Part shown: positions 1-9,296 of the stretch, piece after piece
Numbering within the stretch: position 1 is the first letter of the stretch
Layout of the letters: the number at the start of each line of letters is the position of its first letter
IMG/VR virus record: IMGVR_UViG_3300030098_002223
DNA from: an uncultured virus (IMG/VR IMGVR_UViG_3300030098_002223)
Lineage: Duplodnaviria > Heunggongvirae > Uroviricota > Caudoviricetes
Reading direction: 5' to 3' (one strand)
Length of the DNA stretch: 20,438 nucleotides
Made by a program: the position numbers and the translations under genes
The notes under the pieces: generated by a model
What the model saw: only the letters and a program-made list of their open reading frames with translations
Told to the model about the DNA's origin: nothing
The model's database searches: none

Positions 1-163
1 TGAATATATTTATAATACCGCAGATTTAACGGATTTAACATCGTCAAAAACAAATACATGGTCTGCAAGAATGTTTGCTTATGACTATCATAACATTAGA
101 GGTAGTACATATAAAGAGGTAGCTTCTAGTAAAAATATTTCATGGAGGACTACGCCAGTATGA
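1..163 (+). CDS. Partial upstream ORF (3' end), probable virion protein
   Basis: Frame 2 is open from the window start (EYIYNTADL...SWRTTPV*). Its TGA at 161-163 overlaps the ATG at 160 (ATGA coupling). Confidence 0.7.
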   Translation, partial: EYIYNTADLTDLTSSKTNTWSARMFAYDYHNIRGSTYKEVASSKNISWRTTPV

Positions 164-3100
164 GTTTAGTATGGGAAGATAGTAATGACCCTTCTATTAG
201 TAGTGTTAATACGGAAAAAACAGCAACACTTACTTTTGATGATGGAGATGTAAGAGCTATTTATATTGACTGGGGTGATGGTACTAGTAATAAAAAGAAA
301 GAGGCTAATTATCAATGGGTAGAATTGACTGAACCAAAGTCAACTATTAGCGTATCACATACTTATAATAAAGTTGATACGTTTTATCCAGTAATACAAA
401 CTGTTAATTCTAAGGGGTTTGTTTCTAGATATTATAGTAGACCAGCTTCAAATACTGACTTAGTTCCATATAGTAGTAACTCAGCTATAGCTGGTGCTCA
501 GATTAATGACATAGCACCTAGTGCAATTATGAAAATTGAAAATACTGAAAATAATTCAGGTATAGATAATTCTATATTGCGTGAACAAGGTGCTAAACAA
601 TTGTATATTGCTATAGCTCCTACACTAACTCGAACTGAGTTAACAGGAACTATAAAACAAGTAACACTCTCAGTTGAAGGTGTGACTCATATTAATTCAT
701 TAGTACAGAATTCTACTGATGACACAGAAGCTCAGTTTGGTTTAGGTTCTATGTCTAAACTACAAACTTTAGAGTTTGATATAGATTTTACAACCGCAGC
801 TAACCAGTATGGTGTATACGATTTCTATGGCGAAGCAAATAGTAATACAGTAGGTTTATGGTCTCAAGTATTAAAGTTTACCTATGTGAGTTGTAAGGCT
901 ACAGGAACCACTGCGGCAGCTGTAGATACTGATTATACTACCAATGAAGTATTTAATAGATTAAAAATATTCTTGGTTACCAAAGCGGCCGATGGTAAAT
1001 ATTATCCTATTTCTTATGTTAGCGCTGGTTCACCGATAAAAATTGCTGATGACAGTACTAGATACAGTACTTTAGATATGGGACAAAGTAGGGCAGCAGC
1101 TTCTAATAAAACTATATCTAATTATAGATATGATAGTGGTAAAGGGTGGTTAAGCCCTATTAAGCAATGGGATTTAGAAACCATAGTAGGCACTACTAAG
1201 ACCTTGGGTTCTGGAACTAAGCAAACTTCTTCTATAGTAACACAACATTACTCTTATTTAATCAATCCTATTGGGTTGAACAATGTAGCAGCACAAGCCT
1301 TATTTGGCTCAGGTGGCGCTAACATATATCCTTGGTATAACCCACCCATTGGAGGAGCTACTACTTCAGGTAATCTCAGAGAAGACTCAGTAGGGCTCGA
1401 TGATTTTGGAAGGTTATATGACCAATATTATTGCACAAGAACTTCTGTGCAGGCTTCTTCTAACTCAGGTAGTTCGATTAATAGTAATCAACCAGAAGTA
1501 TTTAGAATATCTCCTGCACCAGATTGGTCTACACCACAGAGTATAACTGAAACTCCCGTGAGTGACCATACCTCTGCTATGTTAAATAATGGTAGTGGTA
1601 ATTCTTTTAAATTAAGTTCTGTTAATGCTGAAACTCAAAAGGATATTAAAAATGCAGACTCTTTAACGCAAGAAGCAGAATATTTATTATTAACGTTTGA
1701 TAGTAAAACTAATAAAATATTTTTTAATGCTACTAATTATACAAACGGATTACAATCTGGTTTAGATGGTTATACTAACAATAGTGGTTTAAAGGTAGCA
1801 GGTGTTGAGTATTTACATATAGATGAAAGTGGTACTAAAAAACAAAATGCTTATTGGAAAAATGTAGACTTTGTTGATACTACAAAAATATATAGAGAAA
1901 AAAGAAATACTAGTACTAAAAAATATAATAGTTTCCATACTTCATTTGCTAAATCTGGTTTTATTAGTTTTGATATGCCAAATGATTGGTCTAACACTTC
2001 TATTAAAAAGTTATGTGGTGGTCAATACAATACAGCTAGTGGTACATTTGCTAATTGTGTGGCTGCTGGCCAAGATGATGTGCTAGTAACTGGTACTGCT
2101 ACTAACGTGGCTGGTGTTTCTGGTTATGGTGATGGAATGGTTAAAGTAACTTTGTCTGCTGCTTCAGATAAAACTGCTATGCAAACTATTGGAACTGAGG
2201 ATGATGTAGGTGCTTATAAGTATGCTTTTATAGTTAAAGCTGGTACTGCTTCTGGTTCTATGTGGTGGATAGCAAGTGGTGGTTCTAATGGTTGGGATGA
2301 AGATACAGGTAACGGTATAATATGCCTTCAGGTGGGTAATACTGGTACTTCAGCCAGTAATGCTCAACTAGTGATGCCTGCTGGTACTATTACTGGTAGT
2401 GTGAGAAGGATAAATATATATGATGTTGTAGATGGTACTCCGAAAGTATTTCAGGATGGAGGGGCAGGAGGGGGTGCTGGTGGTGCTGGTGCTTCTACTA
2501 ATTGGAAATTGATGCCTGCTCAAAGTCAATATTATAAGATAGATAGTGGTGGTTCAGCTGCTAACGTATGGTTCCCTAATCAGTATAATTTAAGAAATGC
2601 TATATTTACAGGTTCTTCATGGGCAACAAATGATAAATATCTATTAAAAATAACTTTAAGTGGGCAAACAAACGCAGGCACAGTTGACCAACCATGTCCT
2701 GAATTATGGAATATATTTGATGCATCTAGCGCAGATACTACTATTATAAAATCCGTAGATGATTCAGCATATAATTTAAACTCGATACCTCTTACGAGTG
2801 ATATTAGTATGAGACGAAGTGGTGTTTATTATAGGGCTATTACTAGAAAAGGTAAAACTTTTATAGCTAAGACTGGAGTAGGATTAGAACAAGTAGGTTT
2901 TAGTAGTAAGGCACTTGGTGATGAAAATAGTTCAACGGCATTTGAAGACCATGGTCCGGGGACTATGTATGGTTATTTACATAAGGTGAGGAAATTACAA
3001 GAAGAAGGAGCTCCTATATATTGGGATGAGAAACAAAAAGATGGTACTTTTATTAGGTTATGGGGAGTTATAGCTAACTTAAATGAGACACGTTCTTCAG

Positions 3101-3234
3101 GTGGTCCAAGAGCTACAATGTCTTATACTTGTAACATGATAGTAAAAGATATTGCCCTACTTGATACTACTGGTAAACTGATGACTGGTAGATTCTCATT
3201 GGGAGGGGTAGTTGATGAAAAAGATTATTCCTGA
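160..3234 (+). CDS. Large virion/tail structural protein with N-terminal PKD-like domain
   Basis: PKD signature IDWGDG...SHTY...Y near the N-terminus; Ser/Thr/Gly/Asn-rich composition; Gly linker GGAGGGAGGAG; lies directly upstream of a hub-like gene. Start 160 preferred over 142 (GGAGG at 144-148 and ATGA overlap). Confidence 0.65.
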   Translation: MSLVWEDSNDPSISSVNTEKTATLTFDDGDVRAIYIDWGDGTSNKKKEANYQWVELTEPKSTISVSHTYNKVDTFYPVIQTVNSKGFVSRYYSRPASNTDLVPYSSNSAIAGAQINDIAPSAIMKIENTENNSGIDNSILREQGAKQLYIAIAPTLTRTELTGTIKQVTLSVEGVTHINSLVQNSTDDTEAQFGLGSMSKLQTLEFDIDFTTAANQYGVYDFYGEANSNTVGLWSQVLKFTYVSCKATGTTAAAVDTDYTTNEVFNRLKIFLVTKAADGKYYPISYVSAGSPIKIADDSTRYSTLDMGQSRAAASNKTISNYRYDSGKGWLSPIKQWDLETIVGTTKTLGSGTKQTSSIVTQHYSYLINPIGLNNVAAQALFGSGGANIYPWYNPPIGGATTSGNLREDSVGLDDFGRLYDQYYCTRTSVQASSNSGSSINSNQPEVFRISPAPDWSTPQSITETPVSDHTSAMLNNGSGNSFKLSSVNAETQKDIKNADSLTQEAEYLLLTFDSKTNKIFFNATNYTNGLQSGLDGYTNNSGLKVAGVEYLHIDESGTKKQNAYWKNVDFVDTTKIYREKRNTSTKKYNSFHTSFAKSGFISFDMPNDWSNTSIKKLCGGQYNTASGTFANCVAAGQDDVLVTGTATNVAGVSGYGDGMVKVTLSAASDKTAMQTIGTEDDVGAYKYAFIVKAGTASGSMWWIASGGSNGWDEDTGNGIICLQVGNTGTSASNAQLVMPAGTITGSVRRINIYDVVDGTPKVFQDGGAGGGAGGAGASTNWKLMPAQSQYYKIDSGGSAANVWFPNQYNLRNAIFTGSSWATNDKYLLKITLSGQTNAGTVDQPCPELWNIFDASSADTTIIKSVDDSAYNLNSIPLTSDISMRRSGVYYRAITRKGKTFIAKTGVGLEQVGFSSKALGDENSSTAFEDHGPGTMYGYLHKVRKLQEEGAPIYWDEKQKDGTFIRLWGVIANLNETRSSGGPRATMSYTCNMIVKDIALLDTTGKLMTGRFSLGGVVDEKDYS

Positions 3235-4264
3235 AATTAGGATTGAAGGTAAAGTAGTTCCTTTTACTAGGGGTGCTTATACTTCTACAGGTGGATTAAC
3301 TGCTGCAACTTTAGAATTTACTATACCACGTACATATGGTGGGTTTAAAAAATTATGGAATAAGGAGGTAACATTTTACCCACATGAGTATGATAACAAA
3401 CCTTTATTCAGAGGATATATAAAAAGATTAAAAGAAGATTTCAACCAAGTAACTATATATGCTCAGGATGTTATTGGTTATATGGTGTTAGGTGGAGATG
3501 AAGAAAAGGCTAAGGTTTCTTTAACTAATGATAGTAATATTGATGGTTTAACTATTGCTAATGCCATTAGAAAAGCTATAAAGTTAGCTAATCTTGATAG
3601 TAAAATAAAAACAGATTTTATAGGAGATACAAGTCCTTTAGTTTCTTCATCACAATCTATTATTAGAGGTACTAAGGGTGTAAAAGAAATTATCAAAGAA
3701 CTACTGGGAAGGGCTGTAGATAACTCAGGAGACATACCTCGTACTAATATAATAAAAGTTTTTGATGATGGTAGTAGTTCTCAGTTGGCTATAGAGTTAG
3801 AATCAGATTTAGATACTGCTGAGATTAAACATGTATTTAGTGAGTATGCAAATATTAATAATCTTAGAATAGTAAATAAAAAAATTCCTACTATAATTAT
3901 AGTAGAAGGAGATGGTGTTGTAGGGAAATTTGAACACGAGAGTGCAATAGAAGCTCTTGATAGAAACTACCTTGAAGTAAAAAATGACAACCTTAAATCA
4001 CCAGCAGAGTGTAGAGATTTTGCACAGAAAGTATTCAGAGCTAATTTAAATACACAATATGAATATAGTATATCTTCACATGAAGGATTATATCTTGTTG
4101 AAAATGATGTTATTAGAGTAGAAACTGCTGACCCTAAGTTTAGTGGTAATTATAGAGTTCGTGGTAAAAAAATAGCGTTTGGTCCTAACTCATTTACAGT
4201 AGGATTAAATATAAATAAAAAACCCCCAACCTTAGTTGAGTTTATAGCACAACAAGATAATTAA
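3215..4264 (+). CDS. Tail/baseplate hub-like protein (gpD/gp27/Tal-like)
   Basis: About 350 aa with a hub-type pattern (LEFTIP...LFRGYIKR...VTIYAQD; C-terminal DVIRV...SGNYRV...FTVGLNI). SD GGAGGGG at 3202-3208 before the ATG at 3215. Confidence 0.6.
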   Translation: MKKIIPEIRIEGKVVPFTRGAYTSTGGLTAATLEFTIPRTYGGFKKLWNKEVTFYPHEYDNKPLFRGYIKRLKEDFNQVTIYAQDVIGYMVLGGDEEKAKVSLTNDSNIDGLTIANAIRKAIKLANLDSKIKTDFIGDTSPLVSSSQSIIRGTKGVKEIIKELLGRAVDNSGDIPRTNIIKVFDDGSSSQLAIELESDLDTAEIKHVFSEYANINNLRIVNKKIPTIIIVEGDGVVGKFEHESAIEALDRNYLEVKNDNLKSPAECRDFAQKVFRANLNTQYEYSISSHEGLYLVENDVIRVETADPKFSGNYRVRGKKIAFGPNSFTVGLNINKKPPTLVEFIAQQDN

Positions 4265-4536
4265 GGAGTATTCATATTTGGTGGACCACGTGGGTTACCA
4301 ACGACACCATCATCTCTTCCATATGTAGGACAATAGTCTCCTGCTATACCACTACCACCAGAAGTTTCTGTTCCGCCGGGATTCATTGTTCTAACTGGTA
4401 CGGTACCTGCTGGCTGCATACCTCCGAACTCACCATCACCTACTTTAACTACAGAATCTATTCTACCTTCTGATGTCAGTCCTGCATCACGGCCCATTTT
4501 ACGACCGTAACCTGTAATATCTTTTTCGAATTCCAT
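4261..4536 (-). CDS. Small Gly/Pro-rich hypothetical protein
   Basis: 91-aa ORF with ATG start, packed against its neighbours; its stop overlaps the + strand stop in TTAA. Confidence 0.6.
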   Translation of the reverse strand: MEFEKDITGYGRKMGRDAGLTSEGRIDSVVKVGDGEFGGMQPAGTVPVRTMNPGGTETSGGSGIAGDYCPTYGRDDGVVGNPRGPPNMNTP

Positions 4537-4543
4537 ATTTAAT

Positions 4544-5011
4544 CTATGTAGAAGCTACAAAGACCTCCACATCAACAGCGTTTGAAGCTGGGTCTACTAT
4601 TACCTTTACTAGATTTTCTAATGTAGGGAAAGTAGGGGCTGTAGAATCATCGTCTGCTATTGCTAAAAGTGCAGTAGGACCAAAAATGTGACTTTCAGCT
4701 GCTCCTAGATTTATTGTGAATACAGTGTTTGTTGTTACATATCCTACTTTTACTGCGTTGGTATCATCTTTATTGGTTATTCTAAGATATTTTACATCAT
4801 CTACATCTAAGTCACCCGGTAAAACATTAACAGCACTAGCAAATTGAAGTACTGTAGTGTCAACGCCAGCAGGACATGTCACTATTCTTTTTAATAATTC
4901 TGTAACATTAGTTATTGTTCTGTAATTTACAGCTCCATTGTCACTACCGTTTATATTTATTTCTTCTTTAACTGTTAGAGTTAATGTTGCTGGGGTTATA
5001 CTCGTTGCCAT
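4544..5011 (-). CDS. Hypothetical beta-rich protein, possibly virion-associated
   Basis: 155 aa, Thr/Val/Ala-rich with alternating beta-strand patterns; operon-like spacing after the RNR gene. Confidence 0.6.
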   Translation of the reverse strand: MATSITPATLTLTVKEEININGSDNGAVNYRTITNVTELLKRIVTCPAGVDTTVLQFASAVNVLPGDLDVDDVKYLRITNKDDTNAVKVGYVTTNTVFTINLGAAESHIFGPTALLAIADDDSTAPTFPTLENLVKVIVDPASNAVDVEVFVAST

Positions 5012-5019
5012 ATTTCATC

Positions 5020-6885
5020 CTAAATTTCACATTTATCACCAACACAAGCATACTCAGATTTACCTTGAGTATTGTCTTGAGTCTCGTATTGGGACAATTG
5101 CTTATAATCAATTACGGGCTGAGCCTTTATAAGCCTTTCGTAGGTTCTGTGGTCAATTTCCTCATATGGAGCTAATTCATACTTTCCGCCCGAGTATGGC
5201 AGAAAAGACACTCCATTTATTATATCCCAGTTTTGGTACACCCAATTACCTACCTCAAACCATTCATCATCTCTAACATATACAGTCATACTAGCATTGT
5301 GTTCACACCAATTATGTTGTAGGTTCTTATAATGTTTCAACTGGTCTAGTGCTGTTACATCACTTCTAGTTATACACCCGTCAGGTGATTTGACTGGAAA
5401 TTCTAATACCCATGTACTAGCATCTTCCTTAGTTTGACCATTTTCTGGACTACATTTTACACCAGAATCTTTCATTAAATTAAATAATGGGTCACGAGCT
5501 GCTATTCTGTAACGACGGATGTAGTATTGAGAATATCTAGGGTGAACTCCAGACGCTGAGTCTACAAGCTGTGAAACTGTGCCCGATGGCTTTACACAAG
5601 TAGTTGCTGCTGGCATTTTAGTTCCTAATATACCTGATGCTTTGCGAGATATACGCAAAACACGGCTTTTAAGGGCTTTTAAAGCCTCCGATGTCAATAT
5701 GGAAGGGTTATCCATCTGACCAGTTAAACTAACGCCTAGAAGCGCTTCTACGTCACAATTCTTTTTCCACTCTTTTCTGAGGTATGGAAAATCTGTGAAC
5801 GAACTTTGTATAACACCAAGCCATGTTGCAGTCTCCACCTTGTCTAACAACGTATCAAGGTTATCGTCTTCTCTTACTACTACTTCCGAAAGGTTACAAA
5901 ATTGCATATCTCGTAACATTATTTCTCCACAAGGATTTGTACCTTGTATGAGTGGAGCGTAACGACGTGCAGGTGCTTTAGTTTGAGCTGAAGAAAGGTT
6001 AAATATACCTCTTTCTCCAGTACCTGATTTAGCTAATGCACCCCACTCTATAAGGAAATCAGCCGCTGAGGGCTTCTCTCTATAAATTGCACTATTATTA
6101 GCCATTGCCCTCTTAATAGGGAAAGGCCATTCTTTAGCATGTCTCATTTCTTTATCAGTTAAATCACTCAAAGATATCTGGGAGCTACGTCTTACACCCC
6201 CTACTACAACTATCTCTGCTATCTGGTTACAGATGTCATGAGCTTCTAATGTAGTTATCTTTCTACCTTGAGCGTTATGCATTGTTTCACGGATGAAATC
6301 GTGTAGTTTTACTAATGGTGCAGGACCAGACGCACGACCACCCATAGTCATAAGCCTAGCTCCTTCTCCTCTTATTTGAGAATAATCAAAATAAACATTC
6401 TGTCCTTTATATAAACTTCCCATTAATGTTTTCACTGAATCAGCCCATCCTGCTTTTGAATCATCAATAATGACTTTAGCATTACCTTGTGCTGATTTGA
6501 TAGTTGGTACTTCAGGTAACTTAGATACTTCCTCTTCTTCAACTGAGAAACCAAAACCAGTTCCACACATTAAAACATATAAACATTCTGCAAATGCATC
6601 AACTGAGTTAATTTTCGCAAAGGAGCAATTGTAAATACAAGTGTTGTCTGCTTTAGCTGCTGGGCCTGCTGCCCATAAAAATCTCATAGATGGCATTACT
6701 GCGAACTCCATCATATATTTTCTTATCTTGTTAATAGTTTTATCAGGTATATCTGGTCTTTCTGAAATTATAAAACCAATAAATCTTTCTATTGTTTCAG
6801 GCCAATCTTCTCGCCTGTTATCTTCTTCTAGCCAACGTGAATACGTTCTTTTATAAATAAATTCTGCTACTTCGTTTTTAAACAT
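5020..6885 (-). CDS. nrdJ: Class II (adenosylcobalamin-dependent) ribonucleotide reductase
   Basis: Motifs PSMRFLW, YNCSF, GTGFGFS, VVVGGVRRS, TNPCGE...FCNLSE, TCVKPSGTVSQL, EHNASMTV and C-terminal CVGDKCEI. Start 6885 has SD GGAGTGG and lies downstream of the predicted TSS. Confidence 0.93.
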   Translation of the reverse strand: MFKNEVAEFIYKRTYSRWLEEDNRREDWPETIERFIGFIISERPDIPDKTINKIRKYMMEFAVMPSMRFLWAAGPAAKADNTCIYNCSFAKINSVDAFAECLYVLMCGTGFGFSVEEEEVSKLPEVPTIKSAQGNAKVIIDDSKAGWADSVKTLMGSLYKGQNVYFDYSQIRGEGARLMTMGGRASGPAPLVKLHDFIRETMHNAQGRKITTLEAHDICNQIAEIVVVGGVRRSSQISLSDLTDKEMRHAKEWPFPIKRAMANNSAIYREKPSAADFLIEWGALAKSGTGERGIFNLSSAQTKAPARRYAPLIQGTNPCGEIMLRDMQFCNLSEVVVREDDNLDTLLDKVETATWLGVIQSSFTDFPYLRKEWKKNCDVEALLGVSLTGQMDNPSILTSEALKALKSRVLRISRKASGILGTKMPAATTCVKPSGTVSQLVDSASGVHPRYSQYYIRRYRIAARDPLFNLMKDSGVKCSPENGQTKEDASTWVLEFPVKSPDGCITRSDVTALDQLKHYKNLQHNWCEHNASMTVYVRDDEWFEVGNWVYQNWDIINGVSFLPYSGGKYELAPYEEIDHRTYERLIKAQPVIDYKQLSQYETQDNTQGKSEYACVGDKCEI

Positions 6886-6926
6886 TTTACCACTCCAATT
6901 GCGGTTCATTACTATAGTTTACGCTA

Positions 6927-6943
6927 CTATAAAAGCCTTTTTC
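6927..6943 (-). promoter_or_regulatory. Archaeal BRE-TATA promoter of nrdJ
   Basis: GAAAAAGGC-TTTTATAG on the minus strand in an intergenic gap about 40 nt upstream of the start codon. Confidence 0.6.
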
Positions 6944-7031
6944 TAATTTTTAAAATCTGTCAATACGCGCCGTGCGCAAGTGCAATTCTTTTTAGAATCA
7001 CACTTACAACGACTTAGTGAAGTTAATAAAC

Positions 7032-7250
7032 TCACACCTTTACAAATAAACCTTTGTCATCGAAATATCCATGACAACCGTTCTTTATATAAATTTCCTT
7101 ACCTTTGTGGTCAGGATGGGATGTTTTAGATTCATGAACTGCATATAATTTAGCCCAATAAGCTGAATCCTTTACTTCCTCTTTTACTTTTTCTTCTTTT
7201 ACTTCTTTCTTAGGCTCAGCCTTTTTTGTTTCTTTAGTTTTTTTAGCCAT
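7032..7250 (-). CDS. Small Lys/Glu-rich hypothetical protein
   Basis: 72 aa starting MAKKTKETKK; AAGGTGG SD upstream. Confidence 0.7.
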   Translation of the reverse strand: MAKKTKETKKAEPKKEVKEEKVKEEVKDSAYWAKLYAVHESKTSHPDHKGKEIYIKNGCHGYFDDKGLFVKV

Positions 7251-7252
7251 TA

Positions 7253-7375
7253 TTATTCCACCTTTCTTAATCTACCACCAATCATCATTCTTTTTGGTTC
7301 TTTTGGTAGTTCTTCTTTGACTTCTTCTTTGACTTCTTCTTTAACATCTTCTTTCTTAGCTGCTTTTTTAGCCAT
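7253..7375 (-). CDS. 40-aa Lys/Glu-rich micro-protein (not in ORF track)
   Basis: MAKKAAKKEDVKEEVKEEVKEELPKEPKRMMIGGRLRKVE*; GGTGAG SD upstream; fills the gap between its neighbours with 2-nt spacing on each side. Confidence 0.7.
   Translation of the reverse strand: MAKKAAKKEDVKEEVKEEVKEELPKEPKRMMIGGRLRKVE
7310..7345. repeat. 12-bp tandem repeat x3 encoding VKEE
   Basis: TTCTTCTTTGAC TTCTTCTTTGAC TTCTTCTTTAAC. Confidence 0.85.
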
Positions 7376-7377
7376 AC

Positions 7378-7725
7378 TTACTCACCGTCCTCTTCAATCT
7401 TAGCGAATTGTTCACCAATAATTGTACTCTTGACCATTTCGGTCTCAGCCCAAGGAACTATAGTGTCCTTTAGACCTGTAATGGAATCGGTTACACCGTT
7501 CCATGCGTATCCTGCTATCGTGTTAGGGTCGTCCCCTTCCTTGATATCTGCGTTCGGGACAACAGTGTCCCAATATCCGGAAAGTCCATTAGGGGTACAA
7601 ACAGTTCTAAATCCTACACATACACCAGTTGGGTCTACATTAGGGTAGACTTCGTAGCGTGCTACGTAGACATCTGCTTGACATCCTGCGTTTCCGGAAA
7701 CCTTTATAGTTAATATGCTTGCCAT
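7378..7725 (-). CDS. Hypothetical protein
   Basis: 115 aa; SD AGGTGA upstream; GC content above that of the flanks. Confidence 0.75.
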   Translation of the reverse strand: MASILTIKVSGNAGCQADVYVARYEVYPNVDPTGVCVGFRTVCTPNGLSGYWDTVVPNADIKEGDDPNTIAGYAWNGVTDSITGLKDTIVPWAETEMVKSTIIGEQFAKIEEDGE

Positions 7726-7756
7726 AATATTTCACCTTTTTTTGTCTTCGCCAATA

Positions 7757-7921
7757 TTATTTCTTACGTTTATATTTGCGTTTCGTTGCTTTCTTTTTAC
7801 CTTTAGATTTGACTTTCTTTGGGAGTTTGGAGCCTTTAGGCGTCTCCTTTTCCCATTTCTTCGCCATCTTTGGTTTGTTCTTGTACATCCAAGCTCTCTG
7901 CTTCTGACTCTTGAAGGGCAT
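7757..7921 (-). CDS. 54-aa basic micro-protein (MPFKS-type small viral protein; not in ORF track)
   Basis: MPFKSQKQRAWMYKNKPKMAKKWEKETPKGSKLPKKVKSKGKKKATKRKYKRKK*. The MPFKSxxQRxW start is recalled from small proteins of environmental phages (not searched). Confidence 0.7.
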   Translation of the reverse strand: MPFKSQKQRAWMYKNKPKMAKKWEKETPKGSKLPKKVKSKGKKKATKRKYKRKK

Positions 7922-8204
7922 CTTCTGATTCCTTTTGTAGTTTTTCTATATAAGCTTGCCAATCATGAACTAACTCTTGTTCTTCCATGAATGTATTGAC
8001 AATCTCTGCATTTTTTTGTAATGCTTCTTGCATTTGCATTGCTTGTTGTTCTGTCGCAGATAGTCTTTCACCCAATTGTCTGGTTTGTCCGACTAACCAA
8101 TTCAAGTTCTCACTTGTTTGAGCAGGTCCTTGACTTCTATCAAAATCCTTAACCCAAGCTTCGACATCGTTCATACGTTTCTCTAGTCTTTTTAATGTTG
8201 CCAT
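7836..8204 (-). CDS. Coiled-coil hypothetical protein
   Basis: 122 aa, Gln/Glu-rich heptads; SD AGGAG upstream. Confidence 0.75.
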   Translation of the reverse strand: MATLKRLEKRMNDVEAWVKDFDRSQGPAQTSENLNWLVGQTRQLGERLSATEQQAMQMQEALQKNAEIVNTFMEEQELVHDWQAYIEKLQKESEDALQESEAESLDVQEQTKDGEEMGKGDA

Positions 8205-8216
8205 TTTTCTTTACTC

Positions 8217-9296
8217 CTATGCACAGCTACATTTGTCTGTACATATTTTCATTTGTATTAACTTATCCTTTGAATACCTATTTAAAGCTTTCTCTCTCAT
8301 ATTTTGTATGATATGACCAGCTTTCTTAGGGTCATCAGTATACCAACCCCAGTCTCGACCGGGCTCGTTATAGATACTTTCAAATACAAAGTGAATGTCA
8401 GGGTTGGAGTATCCTGCGTTGATTAACTCCATACCAATTATTTTATTTTCTTCGTGGCTGCTATGTCCACGCTCTATATTACGCTCTATAAGCTCTGTTA
8501 TGCACCCCCTTAAGGGCATTATATAGTCATTCACTATAGAGCCACTGTGCTTAGTAGAGCTTATTGCTGTATTATTTATCTTATCTAAGAGCTTATTAAT
8601 GCTTAGAGATACATTATGCTTTATACCTTGTTCGTTACACATAAACTCCACAAAGTTTCTAAAAGCCTTTTTACTCTTAGTTGATTCAAACTCCTCAGTT
8701 CGAGGTCCATCCATAGCCATTGCGTACAATTCTTCTATAGATAGTTTCATTATTTCTTCTACACTAAACTGTGTACACCATACACCTGTGGGAGTTCCCT
8801 CAATTTTAGATATGTATTGTGTGTTAGGTATCCTTCTTAAGCATGCAACGCTGTTGTTGATACAAGCTTGGTCTAATGTTTTAAGTTTATAGGTTTCTTT
8901 TAAGTATGTTAAGTAATTTCTTAACATGTCTCTTTTCATAGTATCCAATAAGTCCACGTGGGAGAACAGGTCTATATTCATTTGAAAACCCTTCCCCCCT
9001 GTAAGATATATCCTTGGGATTATCTCTCTCGGCTTGCAGTATTGTCTTATAAATTTTCTTACGTCTCTTAGGCATTTGTTTACATCCTTTTCATCATCAA
9101 AGTCAAACCATATAGTATTTAACACTGCTGAATCATAATTTGTTTTTCCTTCTGTTCTATCTGTAGTATCGTCAAAAACAAATACACTAGTATAACAGTT
9201 CTTTTTACCATTGAATTCAGCTATCTTATCTTCTAGCTGTTCAACGTTATAGCATCTAGCTATTCTGGCTGGGATTCCGAATTCTCTGAAGTACAT
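8217..9296 (-). CDS. Archaeo-eukaryotic primase: PriS catalytic domain fused to a PriL-CTD/PriX-like domain
   Basis: YTSVF, motif I WFDFD, motif II-like TGGKGFQ, RRIPNT; C-terminal helical region GCI...SHEE...L..AG...F...ICTDKCSC resembles the PriL C-terminal domain. Confidence 0.8.
   Translation of the reverse strand: MYFREFGIPARIARCYNVEQLEDKIAEFNGKKNCYTSVFVFDDTTDRTEGKTNYDSAVLNTIWFDFDDEKDVNKCLRDVRKFIRQYCKPREIIPRIYLTGGKGFQMNIDLFSHVDLLDTMKRDMLRNYLTYLKETYKLKTLDQACINNSVACLRRIPNTQYISKIEGTPTGVWCTQFSVEEIMKLSIEELYAMAMDGPRTEEFESTKSKKAFRNFVEFMCNEQGIKHNVSLSINKLLDKINNTAISSTKHSGSIVNDYIMPLRGCITELIERNIERGHSSHEENKIIGMELINAGYSNPDIHFVFESIYNEPGRDWGWYTDDPKKAGHIIQNMREKALNRYSKDKLIQMKICTDKCSCA

Noticed and set aside
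1871..3735. ORFs 1871-2086 (+) and 3478-3735 (-)
   Set aside because: Nested in or antisense to long structural genes; composition looks like off-frame translation.
6886..6909. RNR start at 6909
   Set aside because: Lies at or upstream of the predicted TSS; the ATG at 6885 has an SD.
6961..7000. Intergenic CGCGCCGTGCGC and ATTCT-TTTT-AGAAT mini-hairpins as origin or terminator
   Set aside because: Stems of only 4-5 bp, with no iterons or other support.
7732..7962. 76-aa Arg-rich ORF in the track
   Set aside because: Alternative frame of the more plausible 54-aa MPFKS gene (7757-7921) and of the 122-aa gene.
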